A stretch of DNA of 64,000 nt from a virus, in the IMG/VR virus record IMGVR_UViG_3300032235_000715, positions 4,234-68,233 of that record; one strand, given 5' to 3'. The notes below the pieces were generated by a model. The model did not search any database and was not told the origin of the DNA. It worked only from the letters and a program-made list of their open reading frames with translations. Shown here piece by piece: positions 31,055 through 41,509 of the stretch. The translations under genes were made by a program, and so were the position numbers. The stretch's first letter is position 1; each line of letters starts with the position of its first letter.

Positions 31055-31136
31055 ATATTCACGTCAGGTTTCCCCTGCGTAAAGTATCTTTTTAATAAAT
31101 ATTTTTTAGATAAACTGAGATTTCACGGAGAAAAAA

Positions 31137-33341
31137 ATGGCGACTCCTCAATTATCTCCAGGCGTACTCGTCAGGGAAGTTGATTTAACTGTAGGAAGAG
31201 CTGATAATGTTTTAGATAATATTGGCGCAATCGCTGGGCCCTTCCCAATTGGACCTGTTGATTTCCCAATTGATATTGCAACTGAACAGGATTTAATCAA
31301 TACTTTTGGCAAACCAATTTCAACGGACTCTCAGTATGAGTACTGGATGAGTGCTTCATCTTATCTCTCATATGGCGGTGTTCTTAAAGTTGTTAGAACT
31401 GGTGGATCAACTCTGAACAATGCTAACGCTGGAGTTGGTGCCGCATCGACATCATCTTTAGATATTGACAATTATGATGATTATATTAATAATCATTCAG
31501 AAGGAAATAACTTTACATTTGCTGCAAAGAATCCAGGTTCTTGGGCGAACAATCTGAAGGTATGTGTGATTGATGATTTGGGAGATCAAATCATCGGAAT
31601 CGCAACTACTAATGTAGGTGCTCTTGGTGCTCAAATTGGACTTGGTGTTACTACACCCCTCACTTCAGTAACTCTACCTGGTGCAGGATCTACTTCTTCA
31701 TTCACTGGTTATCTCAAGGGTATTATTACCGGCATTACTACAGATGCAACCAATAGCAACAGTACTATCACAGTAAAAATTACCTCTAGAGTTTCTTCAG
31801 CAGGAACAGAAACTCAGATTAATTATGCTGAAGGTACTTCTTTTGCAGCGTTTGCGGAATCTCAATCAGTAAGGTTCATCAATTCATCTGGTGGTTTTGC
31901 GGGAACTGCAACTGTCGCTTCTGTTTCTGATTGGTACAACCAACAAACTCTTGGATTAACCAATACTATAATCTATTGGAAGTCTATTGCACCTAAACCT
32001 GCAACAAATAGATATTCCTTAGATAGAAATGGAAAGAATGATGCTATTCACGTTGTTGTAGTTGATGATCTTGGAACAATTACTGGAAATCAAGGAACTA
32101 TTCTTGAAAAGCACGTAAGTCTTTCTAAGGCTCTTGATTCTGTTTCTGCGGTTAATTCTCCACAGAAAATTTGGTATGAACAATATCTTGCAGATTTCTC
32201 ATCACAAGTTTATGCTGGCGGAAATCCATCAAGTGCTGCAGATGCTTACTGGGGTACTGCACCAAGAGCAACTGGATTTACCACATATTCTGGTGTTCCT
32301 TCTACTTCCTTTACACCAATTTCTACACCAAATGGTCTTTGGGGTCTAACTGCCCAAGATGTAACTTTTAGTGCAATTGGAAACAAAACCTACACCTTAT
32401 CTGGTGGTGTTGATTATTCCGCTTCTGGTGGAATGAAAGCAACTCTCGGCGATCTAATTACTTCATATGACAAGTTCTCAAACAAAGATGAAGTTCAAGT
32501 TGACTATTTAATTATGGGCCCAGGTATGGACAATGTTTCCAATTCTCAAGCAAAGGCAAGTTACTTAATTTCTCTTGCAGAGCAAAGAAAGGATTGTGTA
32601 GCGACTGTTGGACCTCACAAATCTGATCTAGTTGGAATTACAAATACTACAACTCAAACAACAAACCTCGTTAAGTATTTTAGTTCACTATCATCTTCTT
32701 CATATGCAGTCTTTGATAGTGGATATAAGTACACTTATGATAGATTCAATAACAAGTTTGTTTACGTTCCATGCAATGCTGATGTTGCGGGTCTAATGTG
32801 TCGCACCAATATTGTTGCATATCCTTGGTTCTCTCCTGCAGGTCAGCAGAGAGGCATTATCAACAATGCAATCAAACTTGCATATAATCCAAATAAAGCA
32901 CAGAGAGATCAACTTTATCCTCAGAGAGTTAATGCAATTGTAACTCAACCTGGCATAGGTACTCTGCTGTTTGGCGACAAAACTGCTCTAGGTTATGCAT
33001 CGGCATTTGACAGAATTAATGTTCGTCGTCTGTTCCTTACCATCGAACAAGCACTCCAAAGAGCTGCTCAGGCACAACTCTTTGAATTGAACGATGAACT
33101 GACAAGAGCAAACTTTAAGAACATTGTTGAACCTTATCTACGTGATGTTCAGGCAAAGAGGGGTCTCTATGGATTCCTTGTAGTCTGCGACACAACTAAT
33201 AACACTCCTGACGTTATTGATAATAATGAGTTTAGAGCGGACATCTTCCTGAAACCTGCCAAGTCTATTAACTATGTAACTCTCACCTTTGTTGCTACAC
33301 GCACTGGTGTAAGTTTTGAAGAAGTTGCAGGTACTGTTTGA
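31137..33341 (+). CDS. gp18: Tail sheath protein gp18
   Basis: LSPGVLVREVDLT, PWFSPAGQQRG, FDRINVRRLF, KPAKSINYVTLTFVATRTG. Confidence 0.98.
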   Translation: MATPQLSPGVLVREVDLTVGRADNVLDNIGAIAGPFPIGPVDFPIDIATEQDLINTFGKPISTDSQYEYWMSASSYLSYGGVLKVVRTGGSTLNNANAGVGAASTSSLDIDNYDDYINNHSEGNNFTFAAKNPGSWANNLKVCVIDDLGDQIIGIATTNVGALGAQIGLGVTTPLTSVTLPGAGSTSSFTGYLKGIITGITTDATNSNSTITVKITSRVSSAGTETQINYAEGTSFAAFAESQSVRFINSSGGFAGTATVASVSDWYNQQTLGLTNTIIYWKSIAPKPATNRYSLDRNGKNDAIHVVVVDDLGTITGNQGTILEKHVSLSKALDSVSAVNSPQKIWYEQYLADFSSQVYAGGNPSSAADAYWGTAPRATGFTTYSGVPSTSFTPISTPNGLWGLTAQDVTFSAIGNKTYTLSGGVDYSASGGMKATLGDLITSYDKFSNKDEVQVDYLIMGPGMDNVSNSQAKASYLISLAEQRKDCVATVGPHKSDLVGITNTTTQTTNLVKYFSSLSSSSYAVFDSGYKYTYDRFNNKFVYVPCNADVAGLMCRTNIVAYPWFSPAGQQRGIINNAIKLAYNPNKAQRDQLYPQRVNAIVTQPGIGTLLFGDKTALGYASAFDRINVRRLFLTIEQALQRAAQAQLFELNDELTRANFKNIVEPYLRDVQAKRGLYGFLVVCDTTNNTPDVIDNNEFRADIFLKPAKSINYVTLTFVATRTGVSFEEVAGTV

Positions 33342-33379
33342 TTATTATTCAATAAATAACCTTAAGGAGGTAACGAATC

Positions 33380-33964
33380 GTGGCAAGACTCAAGACAATC
33401 TCTCAATTTAAGAGTGCTTTAAGTGGTGGTGGTGCTCGCCCCAATCTATTTGAAGTTGAGTTAACGACTTTCCCATCTGGAATTTCATGGGATGCAGATA
33501 AATTCAAATATCTTTGCAAAGCAGCCGCACTTCCAGCATCAAATATTTCACCAATTGATGTTCCTTTTAGAGGAAGAATCTTTAAGGTTGCTGGGGACAG
33601 AACAATTGATACTTGGACTGTAACCATCATCAACGATGAAGACTTCAGACTCAGAAGAGCATTTGAAGCTTGGACTGAACTGATTGCAAAACTTGATAAC
33701 AATTTGGGCGCAACTCAACCAGCTGCGTATATGAGCAATGCAACTGTTTATCAACTCGGAAGAGGTGCTACAGTAAACAGCACAACTAATGCTGGATCTG
33801 ATAGTTCAATTCTAGCTGCATATAAGTTTGTTGATATTTTCCCAACGTCAGTTTCAAACATTGATCTTTCGTATGATAGTGGCGACACTATTGAGGAATT
33901 CACCGTTGAATTCCAAGTTCAATCTTACGAAATCATTAGTGGAACTACGGCAGCTAAAGTCTAA
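33380..33964 (+). CDS. gp19: Tail tube protein gp19 (GTG start)
   Basis: GGGARPNLFEV, VPFRGRIFKVAGDRT, IEEFTVEFQVQ; AAGGAGG ribosome-binding site upstream. Confidence 0.96.
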   Translation: MARLKTISQFKSALSGGGARPNLFEVELTTFPSGISWDADKFKYLCKAAALPASNISPIDVPFRGRIFKVAGDRTIDTWTVTIINDEDFRLRRAFEAWTELIAKLDNNLGATQPAAYMSNATVYQLGRGATVNSTTNAGSDSSILAAYKFVDIFPTSVSNIDLSYDSGDTIEEFTVEFQVQSYEIISGTTAAKV

Positions 33965-34000
33965 TAAATAGACAAAAGGCAAAAGAACAAAAAATAAATT

Positions 34001-35680
34001 ATGGCAAGATTGTTTGGATTTTCTATTGAAGATAGCGAACCATTATCTCCAGGTGTAGTCAGTCCAGTTCCTCAAAATAATGAGGACGGGACTGACCACT
34101 ACCTGAGTAGTGGTTTTTTTGGTTCGTATGTTGATATTGAAGGAGTTTATAGAACAGAGTTTGATTTAATCAAAAGATATCGAGAAATGGCACTTCATCC
34201 TGAGTGTGACAGTGCTATTGAAGATATTGTTAATGAAGCAATTGTATCAGATACTAATGATACTCCTGTAGAAATTGAACTTTCCAACTTGAATGCGAGT
34301 GATGGAATCAAGAAGAAGATCAGACAGGAATTTAAATATATTCTTTCTCTTTTAGATTTTGATAAAAAGTCTCACGAAATTTATAGAAATTGGTATGTGG
34401 ATGGTAGGTTATATTATCACAAAGTAATTGATTTAAAGAATCCACACGAAGGAATTCAAGAACTGCGTTACATAGACCCAATGAAAATGCGGTATGTAAG
34501 GCAGCAAAAAAAGAGCGAAAAGGACAAATATAGATTGTCTAATATTAACTCGGATAATCCAATGGATTTTGAGTTTCCTGAAATTGAGGAATATTTCATT
34601 TATAATCCAAAACTGACATACCCAGCAAGTAACCCATCATCTCTTGGTGGAACTGCTGGAATCAAAATGTCGAAAGATTCTATCACATACTGCACATCAG
34701 GTCTAGTAGATAGAAATAAAGGATCAACTCTCTCATATCTCCATAAGGCAATTAAATCACTCAATCAACTTCGCATGATTGAGGATAGTCTTGTTATCTA
34801 TAGATTATCTCGTGCTCCAGAAAGAAGAATTTTCTACATTGATGTAGGCAATCTCCCTAAAGTAAAAGCAGAACAATATCTTCGCGATGTTATGATGCGT
34901 TATCGCAATAAACTTGTATATGATGCAAATACAGGTGAAATTCGCGATGATAAAAAATTTATGTCAATGCTTGAGGATTTTTGGCTTCCAAGAAGAGAAG
35001 GTGGAAGAGGTACTGAAATCTCAACACTTCCTGGCGGACAAAACCTTGGAGAGATTACTGACATTAATTATTTCCAAGAAAAACTTTATAGATCTTTAAA
35101 TGTACCTACAACAAGAATTGGTGGAGATGGTGGATTTAATCTCGGCAGATCCTCAGAGATTCTTCGCGATGAAGTTAAGTTCAGCAAGTTTGTTGCTCGC
35201 CTTAGAAAGAGATTCTCATATATGTTCCACGATATGTTGAGAACTCAACTTATTCTTAAAAATATTATTACTCCAGAGGATTGGAGTATTATGGAAGAAC
35301 ATATTCAATATGACTTCCTTTATGACAATCATTTTGCAGAACTTAAGGATGCCGAACTTCTAAATGAAAGATTAAATATGGTTCAAATAGCAGAACCATA
35401 TGTCGGAAAGTATTTTTCACAAGATTATTTGAGAAGAAAGATTCTTCGCCAAACTGACGAGGAAATTGTCGAGCAAGATAAGATTATGAAGAAAGAAATT
35501 AAAGATGGTATTATTCCAGATCCAAGTATCCCAGTGGATCCAACAACAGGTATGCCTTTAGATCAAACTTCGCAGATGGATCTTGGACAACCAGTAATGG
35601 AACCCAATCTTGATGCCCAAGGTGCTGCAACTGAAGCAAGCGGTAAGATTGCAGAAATGCCCAAGGGTGGCGAGATATAA
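34001..35680 (+). CDS. gp20: Portal protein gp20
   Basis: YRLSRAPERRIFYIDVGNLPKVKAEQYL, EDFWLPRREGGRGTEISTLPGGQNLG. Confidence 0.98.
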   Translation: MARLFGFSIEDSEPLSPGVVSPVPQNNEDGTDHYLSSGFFGSYVDIEGVYRTEFDLIKRYREMALHPECDSAIEDIVNEAIVSDTNDTPVEIELSNLNASDGIKKKIRQEFKYILSLLDFDKKSHEIYRNWYVDGRLYYHKVIDLKNPHEGIQELRYIDPMKMRYVRQQKKSEKDKYRLSNINSDNPMDFEFPEIEEYFIYNPKLTYPASNPSSLGGTAGIKMSKDSITYCTSGLVDRNKGSTLSYLHKAIKSLNQLRMIEDSLVIYRLSRAPERRIFYIDVGNLPKVKAEQYLRDVMMRYRNKLVYDANTGEIRDDKKFMSMLEDFWLPRREGGRGTEISTLPGGQNLGEITDINYFQEKLYRSLNVPTTRIGGDGGFNLGRSSEILRDEVKFSKFVARLRKRFSYMFHDMLRTQLILKNIITPEDWSIMEEHIQYDFLYDNHFAELKDAELLNERLNMVQIAEPYVGKYFSQDYLRRKILRQTDEEIVEQDKIMKKEIKDGIIPDPSIPVDPTTGMPLDQTSQMDLGQPVMEPNLDAQGAATEASGKIAEMPKGGEI

Positions 35681-35683
35681 ATA
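35676..35683 (+). promoter_or_regulatory. gp55-dependent late promoter (representative)
   Basis: TATAAATA here and at 37515, 38759, 48909 and 50277; variants [AC]ATAAATA at 13938, 25752, 27230, 31094, 33351, 33963, 42495 and 59745, nearly all just upstream of late genes. Confidence 0.85.
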
Positions 35684-35709
35684 AAGAAAAATATTATTAG
35701 GTATTAAAA

Positions 35710-35871
35710 ATGGATGACCTTTTAGATATGATTGCTGCTGACGAATCTCCTTCGCAGATTAGTGATAAAATTAAAGACCTTTTGTTTGCAAAAGCAGCAG
35801 AAAAAGTCGATGATTTTCGTCCTGCAGTAGCAAACGCATTGTTCAATAACGAAACCGTAGAAGAAGAATGA
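35710..35871 (+). CDS. Small acidic protein, probable prohead core protein (gp67-like); not in the ORF track
   Basis: Hand-translated MDDLLDMIAADESPSQISDKIKDLLFAKAAEKVDDFRPAVANALFNNETVEEE (53 aa); late promoter TATAAATA at 35676-35683; directly after the portal gene. Confidence 0.7.
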   Translation: MDDLLDMIAADESPSQISDKIKDLLFAKAAEKVDDFRPAVANALFNNETVEEE

Positions 35872-36188
35872 AATCCTTTAGACAGTTCATCTCAGAGTCT
35901 GTAAATATTTCTGGAGACTTTACCGGAAATCTTTACATTAATTCTTCTCAACCAGAGCAACAATCGGTTGGTGAGGAATATGTTGCAGATGTTCTGTGGA
36001 ACGGAAGTCTCTATAGAATGGAATTAATTACTAAAAACGGAATTCCTTCTCCGAGAGACCTTGGCGAGCAACTGCAATCTGATTATCCTGGAGCAGTTGT
36101 TCATCAGATTTATCCAGTTACAGAAAAAAATTTAAACATCAAAAACGCACAAAGATATCACCCATCAAAGTTAGAATGGATTGATTGA
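35868..36188 (+). CDS. Hypothetical protein with a capsid-targeting-sequence-like N-terminus
   Basis: Begins MKSFRQFISE, like the T4 IPII/IPIII leader MKTYQEFIAE; ATGA overlap with the upstream ORF. Confidence 0.75.
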   Translation: MKSFRQFISESVNISGDFTGNLYINSSQPEQQSVGEEYVADVLWNGSLYRMELITKNGIPSPRDLGEQLQSDYPGAVVHQIYPVTEKNLNIKNAQRYHPSKLEWID

Positions 36189-36191
36189 TAA

Positions 36192-37505
36192 ATGGCACAA
36201 TGGAATATAACTACTCAGGATTATTTAAATCAGGAAAGATCATTATTTGAAGTCAATAATATTGCAACTAGAGACGGAAAAATTGTTGATAATATCAATA
36301 GATTTCCCGTAAGTGTAAATCCAGATGCTTTTGGTAGAACAAGAGTATCAAATCCACTTACTCTATTTGATAGTTCCCACAGATATAGGGACAATAATCT
36401 TTGGGAGAGTTTAATCGTAGGAACTGGTTCTACTGTTGGATTTGCAACTACTCAAGGATTAGTAAATATTGGTATTGGAACTACAAGTGGCGATTCAGTT
36501 ATTAGAGAAACTACAAAAACATTCTCATACCAACCAGGAAAATCTTTACTTGTTTTAAATACCTTTGTTCCTGCTACACCAAAAACAAACTTAAGACAGA
36601 GGGTCGGTTATTTTGGTGCTGATAATGGAATGTATTTTGAAATTAATGATACAACACCTTATTTTGTAGAAAGAAGTTTATCTACTGGAACTTCAACTTC
36701 AGTTGCACAATCTGATTGGAATATTGATAAATTAGATGGAACTGGAGTTTCTGGTATTACATTAGATATCACCAAAGCACAAATTCTTTGGATGGATATT
36801 GAGTGGTTGGGACTTGGTACAGTCAGAATGGGATTTGTAATTGATGGGAAATTTATTCACGCACATTCATTCCATCACGCAAATATAATCCAATCAACTT
36901 ATATTACAACAGCATCTCTTCCTTTGAGATATGAGATTGCTAATACTGGAATTACAACTAGTGCAAGCACACTCAAACAAGTTTGCTCTAGTGTAATTTC
37001 AGAAGGTGGTTATGAATTGCGAGGATTGCAGCAGGCAGTAAATACCCCAATTACAGCACCAGTAGATTTACCAACTCCCGCTGGAACTTATCATCCAGTG
37101 CTTTCTATTCGTCTCAAATCTTCTCCAAATAGATTAGATGCGATTGTAATTTTGACCGCGCTTTCATTAATGGGGACTGGAAATGGACCACAATACAATT
37201 GGCAGGTGAGAGCATCAGCAACTACTAGTGGAGGAACTTGGGTCAGTGCTGGTGTTGATAGTGCTGTAGAATATAAGATTGATGGAGGAACTGTGAGTGG
37301 TGGAAGAATTCTAGCATCTGGGTTTTTCTCATCAAATAATCAATCTTCTGCATCAGTAGATATTCTGAAAGAAGCACTATTTAAGTTTCAGTTAGAAAGA
37401 AATGGACTGACTGGAACTCCTTATGAACTAACACTTGTATGTGCATCTAATACTGCTGGTGCTGATGTTTTTGCATCATTAGATTGGGAAGAAATTAGTA
37501 GGTAA
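36192..37505 (+). CDS. Hypothetical virion structural protein
   Basis: 437 aa, T/S/G-rich; DAFGRTRVS, YQPGKS, DIEWLGLGTVRMGF motifs; lies within the head gene cluster. Confidence 0.65.
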   Translation: MAQWNITTQDYLNQERSLFEVNNIATRDGKIVDNINRFPVSVNPDAFGRTRVSNPLTLFDSSHRYRDNNLWESLIVGTGSTVGFATTQGLVNIGIGTTSGDSVIRETTKTFSYQPGKSLLVLNTFVPATPKTNLRQRVGYFGADNGMYFEINDTTPYFVERSLSTGTSTSVAQSDWNIDKLDGTGVSGITLDITKAQILWMDIEWLGLGTVRMGFVIDGKFIHAHSFHHANIIQSTYITTASLPLRYEIANTGITTSASTLKQVCSSVISEGGYELRGLQQAVNTPITAPVDLPTPAGTYHPVLSIRLKSSPNRLDAIVILTALSLMGTGNGPQYNWQVRASATTSGGTWVSAGVDSAVEYKIDGGTVSGGRILASGFFSSNNQSSASVDILKEALFKFQLERNGLTGTPYELTLVCASNTAGADVFASLDWEEISR

Positions 37506-37546
37506 TTCGCAATTTATAAATAACTAAAAGTGTTGTATTTAAAATA

Positions 37547-38098
37547 ATGGCTCATAGACCAGTTGGGGCAGGTTCCTCATTTACATTTACTGCAGGTGCT
37601 GCAACAACTTCATCTGCCTTTTCAGTACAATCTAGTGTTTTGAGAGTAGTTGCAGTTGGTGGTGCTGCCCACGTTGCAATTGGAGTTAATCCTACTGCAA
37701 CTAATACTGATTACTATGTCCCTGCAGGCGATACTGTAACTTTAGGTTTAACTAAAGCATCAAATAGAGTTGTTGGAGTAACAACAGGAACAACAACTAT
37801 TGTTACTGTTCCAGAAGGAACCCAAGTCCCATTTGGAATTGGTGACTATGTAACTCTAACAGTAACAGGTCAGTCATATTATAATTTTACACATCAACAA
37901 GTTTTATCAATTGATACTTCTGCTGGTGTTGGTGGTTATTACCAGACTAGAATGACCGTAAATTATAATTCAAGTGGAATTGCAACTGCATTCTCTGCAA
38001 CAGATGCGTCTGTTGTTGTTTCAAATAAGATTTCTGCCTACGGAGTCGGATCGGGAACACTTTATTTCCAACAAGTACAAATCACAGGACAAGCATAA
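37547..38098 (+). CDS. Hypothetical structural protein
   Basis: T/V/G-rich 183 aa; late promoter TATAAATA at 37515-37522; coupled to gp21 through TAATG. Confidence 0.7.
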   Translation: MAHRPVGAGSSFTFTAGAATTSSAFSVQSSVLRVVAVGGAAHVAIGVNPTATNTDYYVPAGDTVTLGLTKASNRVVGVTTGTTTIVTVPEGTQVPFGIGDYVTLTVTGQSYYNFTHQQVLSIDTSAGVGGYYQTRMTVNYNSSGIATAFSATDASVVVSNKISAYGVGSGTLYFQQVQITGQA

Positions 38099-38748
38099 TG
38101 AAACTTATTACCGAAGAAATCGAATCAGTAGAAGTTCTTACCGAAACGGTCAATGGTAAGAAGACTCTTTATATTCAAGGACCTTTCCTTCAAACAGAGA
38201 CAACAAACCGCAACAATAGGCGTTATGGTCGTGTTGTAATGGAAAGAGAGGTAAAGCGTTATACTGAACAATATATTTGCAAAGGTCGCGCTCTTGGAGA
38301 ACTTGGACACCCAGATGGACCAACTGTAAATCTTGACCGTGTTTCTCACAAAATTATTTCACTTGAGCAAAGAGGAAATGATTTTATTGGAAAGGCACAA
38401 ATTCTTTCCACACCAATGGGAAAAATTGTAGAGTCACTTCTCAAAGATGGAGTTTGTTTGGGAGTTTCTTCTCGTGGTATTGGTTCTGTTAGGCAAAATC
38501 CTGCAGGTTATATGGAAGTTGGCGAAGACTTTATGCTTGCAACTGCTGCTGATATTGTTGCAGATCCTTCTGCTCCTGATGCGTTCGTTCAGGGAATTAT
38601 GGAAGGAAAAGAATGGATATGGGATGGTGGAATGCTTCGCGAAAAAATGGCAGAACAAACTCAAAGGAGAATTAATACTCTCGTAGATGAAAAACTACTC
38701 GAAGAGTATAAGTTGAGCTTATTCAATGAATTTTTAAATTCATTGTAA
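38098..38748 (+). CDS. gp21: Prohead protease gp21
   Basis: MKLITEE, ALGELGHP, GVSSRGIGS, DIVADPSAPDAFVQGIMEGKEW. Confidence 0.96.
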   Translation: MKLITEEIESVEVLTETVNGKKTLYIQGPFLQTETTNRNNRRYGRVVMEREVKRYTEQYICKGRALGELGHPDGPTVNLDRVSHKIISLEQRGNDFIGKAQILSTPMGKIVESLLKDGVCLGVSSRGIGSVRQNPAGYMEVGEDFMLATAADIVADPSAPDAFVQGIMEGKEWIWDGGMLREKMAEQTQRRINTLVDEKLLEEYKLSLFNEFLNSL

Positions 38749-38804
38749 TTTATTAAATTATAAATAAATATAGTTTATAACGTAAGGTTAAACGGAGAGT
38801 TCAA

Positions 38805-39956
38805 ATGTCTCGTGGAGATTTACAAGAAATGGAAGTAGGCACTAAACCATCCAAAACCGCTGTTAATGCTAATGCTAAAGCAGCGGATGCAATGCCAAGT
38901 CTATCTGGCGCAACACCAGGACAGACTGGTGGGTGGGAAGATCTTGGAGGTCCTGATCCTTCTAACTATCGTCCAGACGATGATTCGGCAAAACTGAAAA
39001 CACCTGGACAATCACTTAAGCAAGTTAAGGATGTCGTAAATAAAGGTGCTTCTGCAGCAGAAGCAATGAAAGGTGTTAAGGAAGATGAAGAGTTTGAGTA
39101 TGATGAGGACGAAGAACTTCTAGAAGCTAAGCACGAAGAAGAAGACGGCGAAGAAGAAGAGGAAGGCGGTAAGAAAAAGGGTAAAAAAGAAGACGAAGAC
39201 GAAGACGAGGACGAAGAAGAAATGAAGGAAGAGTTTAACATCGATGAAGATGTTAATGCTCTTCTAGAAGGTGAAGATCTTTCTGAGGAATTCCAAGAGA
39301 AAGCACGCACCATCTTTGAAGCCGCTCTTCGCTCTAAGGTTTCTGAAATTCAAGAATCTCTTGAAGAGCAATATGCAGTTGCTCTTGCAGAAGAAGTTGA
39401 AGAAATTAAAACTGAACTTGCAGAGCGCGTAGACGCTTATCTTGAGTATGTTGCCGGCGAGTGGATGGAAGAAAATTCACTTGTCGTAGAGCAAGGTCTT
39501 AAAACTGAAATGACTGAATCATTCCTCCAAGGAATGAAGGGTCTTTTTGAAGAACATTATGTATCAATCCCTGAAGATAAATATGATGTGCTTGAGAGCA
39601 TGGTAGAAAAACTTGATGAAATGGAGACAAAACTCAACGAGCAGATTGAGAAAAACGTTTCACTCAACAAGCGTCTCGCAGAGTCGGTTGCTGATGGAAT
39701 CTTTGAACAGGTCGCTGATGGTCTTGCAGACACTCAGAAAGACAAGCTCGCTTCACTTGCCGAAAGTGTTGAGTTTGAAAGTGAAGAAGAATATCGTGAA
39801 AAACTGGAGACTTTAAAGGAATCATATTTTCCTTCAAGAGTAGTTTCTCCATCTGCAAGAACTGAAACTCTGTCTGAAGGTGTAGACAATTCGATGGAAG
39901 CAATTTCCGGACCAATGGCTGCTTATCTGAAGACTCTTTCAGCATTCCGCAAATAA
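38805..39956 (+). CDS. gp22: Prohead core scaffolding protein gp22
   Basis: Acidic coiled coil; LSEEFQEKARTIFEAA, VDAYLEYVAGEWMEEN; directly before gp23. Confidence 0.94.
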   Translation: MSRGDLQEMEVGTKPSKTAVNANAKAADAMPSLSGATPGQTGGWEDLGGPDPSNYRPDDDSAKLKTPGQSLKQVKDVVNKGASAAEAMKGVKEDEEFEYDEDEELLEAKHEEEDGEEEEEGGKKKGKKEDEDEDEDEEEMKEEFNIDEDVNALLEGEDLSEEFQEKARTIFEAALRSKVSEIQESLEEQYAVALAEEVEEIKTELAERVDAYLEYVAGEWMEENSLVVEQGLKTEMTESFLQGMKGLFEEHYVSIPEDKYDVLESMVEKLDEMETKLNEQIEKNVSLNKRLAESVADGIFEQVADGLADTQKDKLASLAESVEFESEEEYREKLETLKESYFPSRVVSPSARTETLSEGVDNSMEAISGPMAAYLKTLSAFRK

Positions 39957-40012
39957 TTGAATTTAATATAATTCAAACACAAAAACAAACACTTAGTAAA
40001 AGGTAAAAGCAA

Positions 40013-41440
40013 ATGTTCCAATCCGAGCATCTGCAGGAAAAGTGGGCACCTCTTCTCAACTATGAGGGTCTTGATTCAATCAAAGATTCGCATCGTAAAG
40101 CGGTAACCGCAGTCCTGCTCGAAAACCAAGAAAGATTTTTAAGAGAAGAATCAGCATTCAGTACAGGTGGTATTACCAACCTGATGGAAGCACCAACAAT
40201 GAGCACTGGTTCAGGTGCTAATGCTGGTTTTAGTGGTGGTGCCGCTGCTGGTGGCCCTACCGCAGGTTTCGATCCCGTACTGATCTCACTGATCCGTCGT
40301 TCGATGCCTAACCTGATCGCCTATGATATCGCAGGCGTTCAACCAATGAGCGGTCCTACTGGACTCATTTTCGCAATGCGTTCGCGTTATCAGAACCAGA
40401 GTGGTGCTGAGACTTTCTACAACGAAGTAGATTCTGCATTCTCAGGTCAACCCGCTGGTCGCAATGACCCTAATGGATTTAGTGATACTGCTGCTGGTAT
40501 GGGTACTACCGCACAAGGTGGAACCAATCCTTCAGTCCTAAATCCTGTAGGTACTGCTGCTTCGACTGGCTATAACGTTGGTCAGGGTATGCGTACCGAC
40601 TCTGCAGAGGACCTTGATGGTACTGGTGCAGATGCTTTCAACCAGATGGCATTCTCAATCGAGAAAGTCACCGTTACTGCAAAGTCACGCGCACTGAAAG
40701 CTGAGTACTCACTTGAGCTTGCTCAAGACCTCAAGGCAATCCACGGTCTGAATGCTGAAGCGGAACTAGCAAATATTCTCTCAACTGAGATTCTTGCTGA
40801 AATCAACCGCGAAGTTATTCGTACCATCTATAAGGTTGCTGAGCAAGGTGCTGTACAAAACGTTGCAACTCCTGGTATCTTCGACCTCGACGTTGACTCC
40901 AACGGTCGTTGGTCTGTTGAGAAGTTCAAGGGTCTCCTCTTCCAAATCGAGCGTGATGCTAACGCAATCGCACAAAGAACTCGTCGTGGAAAGGGCAACA
41001 TCATCCTATGCTCTGCTGACGTTGCTTCAGCACTGACCATGGCTGGTGTTCTTGACTATACCCCTGCACTGAACGCTAACCTCCAGGTAGACGACACCGG
41101 CAATACTTTTGCTGGTACTCTAATGGGCAAGTTCCGCGTTTACATCGATCCATATGCTGCTAACCTGACCTCTGCTAACGCAACCCCAGGCAACCAGTAC
41201 TATGTTGTCGGTTATAAGGGTTCTTCACCTTATGACGCTGGACTCTTCTATTGTCCTTATGTTCCTCTCCAAATGGTTCGTGCCGTTGGTGAGAACAGCT
41301 TCCAGCCTAAGATCGGATTTAAGACCCGTTATGGAATGGTTGCAAACCCATTCGCTGAGGGTACTAATCAAGGTCTTGGTGGACTCAATGTTAACCAGAA
41401 CCGCTACTATCGTAGAGTTGCGGTTAGAAACCTCATGTGA
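40013..41440 (+). CDS. gp23: Major capsid protein gp23
   Basis: KWAPLL, GVQPMSGPTGLIFAMR, KSRALKAEYSLELAQDLKAIHGL, FYCPYVPLQM, QPKIGFKTRYG. Confidence 0.99.
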   Translation: MFQSEHLQEKWAPLLNYEGLDSIKDSHRKAVTAVLLENQERFLREESAFSTGGITNLMEAPTMSTGSGANAGFSGGAAAGGPTAGFDPVLISLIRRSMPNLIAYDIAGVQPMSGPTGLIFAMRSRYQNQSGAETFYNEVDSAFSGQPAGRNDPNGFSDTAAGMGTTAQGGTNPSVLNPVGTAASTGYNVGQGMRTDSAEDLDGTGADAFNQMAFSIEKVTVTAKSRALKAEYSLELAQDLKAIHGLNAEAELANILSTEILAEINREVIRTIYKVAEQGAVQNVATPGIFDLDVDSNGRWSVEKFKGLLFQIERDANAIAQRTRRGKGNIILCSADVASALTMAGVLDYTPALNANLQVDDTGNTFAGTLMGKFRVYIDPYAANLTSANATPGNQYYVVGYKGSSPYDAGLFYCPYVPLQMVRAVGENSFQPKIGFKTRYGMVANPFAEGTNQGLGGLNVNQNRYYRRVAVRNLM

Positions 41441-41461
41441 GTCTTTCTCACATATTTTCAG

Positions 41462-41487
41462 AGGTCCCAAATTGGGACCTTTTTTTT
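41462..41487 (+). terminator. Intrinsic terminator after gp23
   Basis: AGGTCCCA-aat-TGGGACCT stem followed by a T-tract. Confidence 0.9.
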
Positions 41488-41509
41488 ATCTAAATATTTA
41501 AAAAATGTC

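Noticed and set aside
31055-31095. Small hairpin with GGTTTCCCC, resembling the complement of the 23S 5' region
   Set aside because: Only about 9 nt match, compatible with chance; no promoter-terminator unit around it
38966-39313. Minus-strand Ser-rich ORF and GAA/GAC repeats
   Set aside because: Shadow of the poly-Glu/Asp tract of gp22; not an independent gene or repeat array
40013-41440. Raised GC content in gp23 (and cobS) as a sign of horizontal transfer
   Set aside because: Better explained by C-ending codon bias in highly expressed core genes
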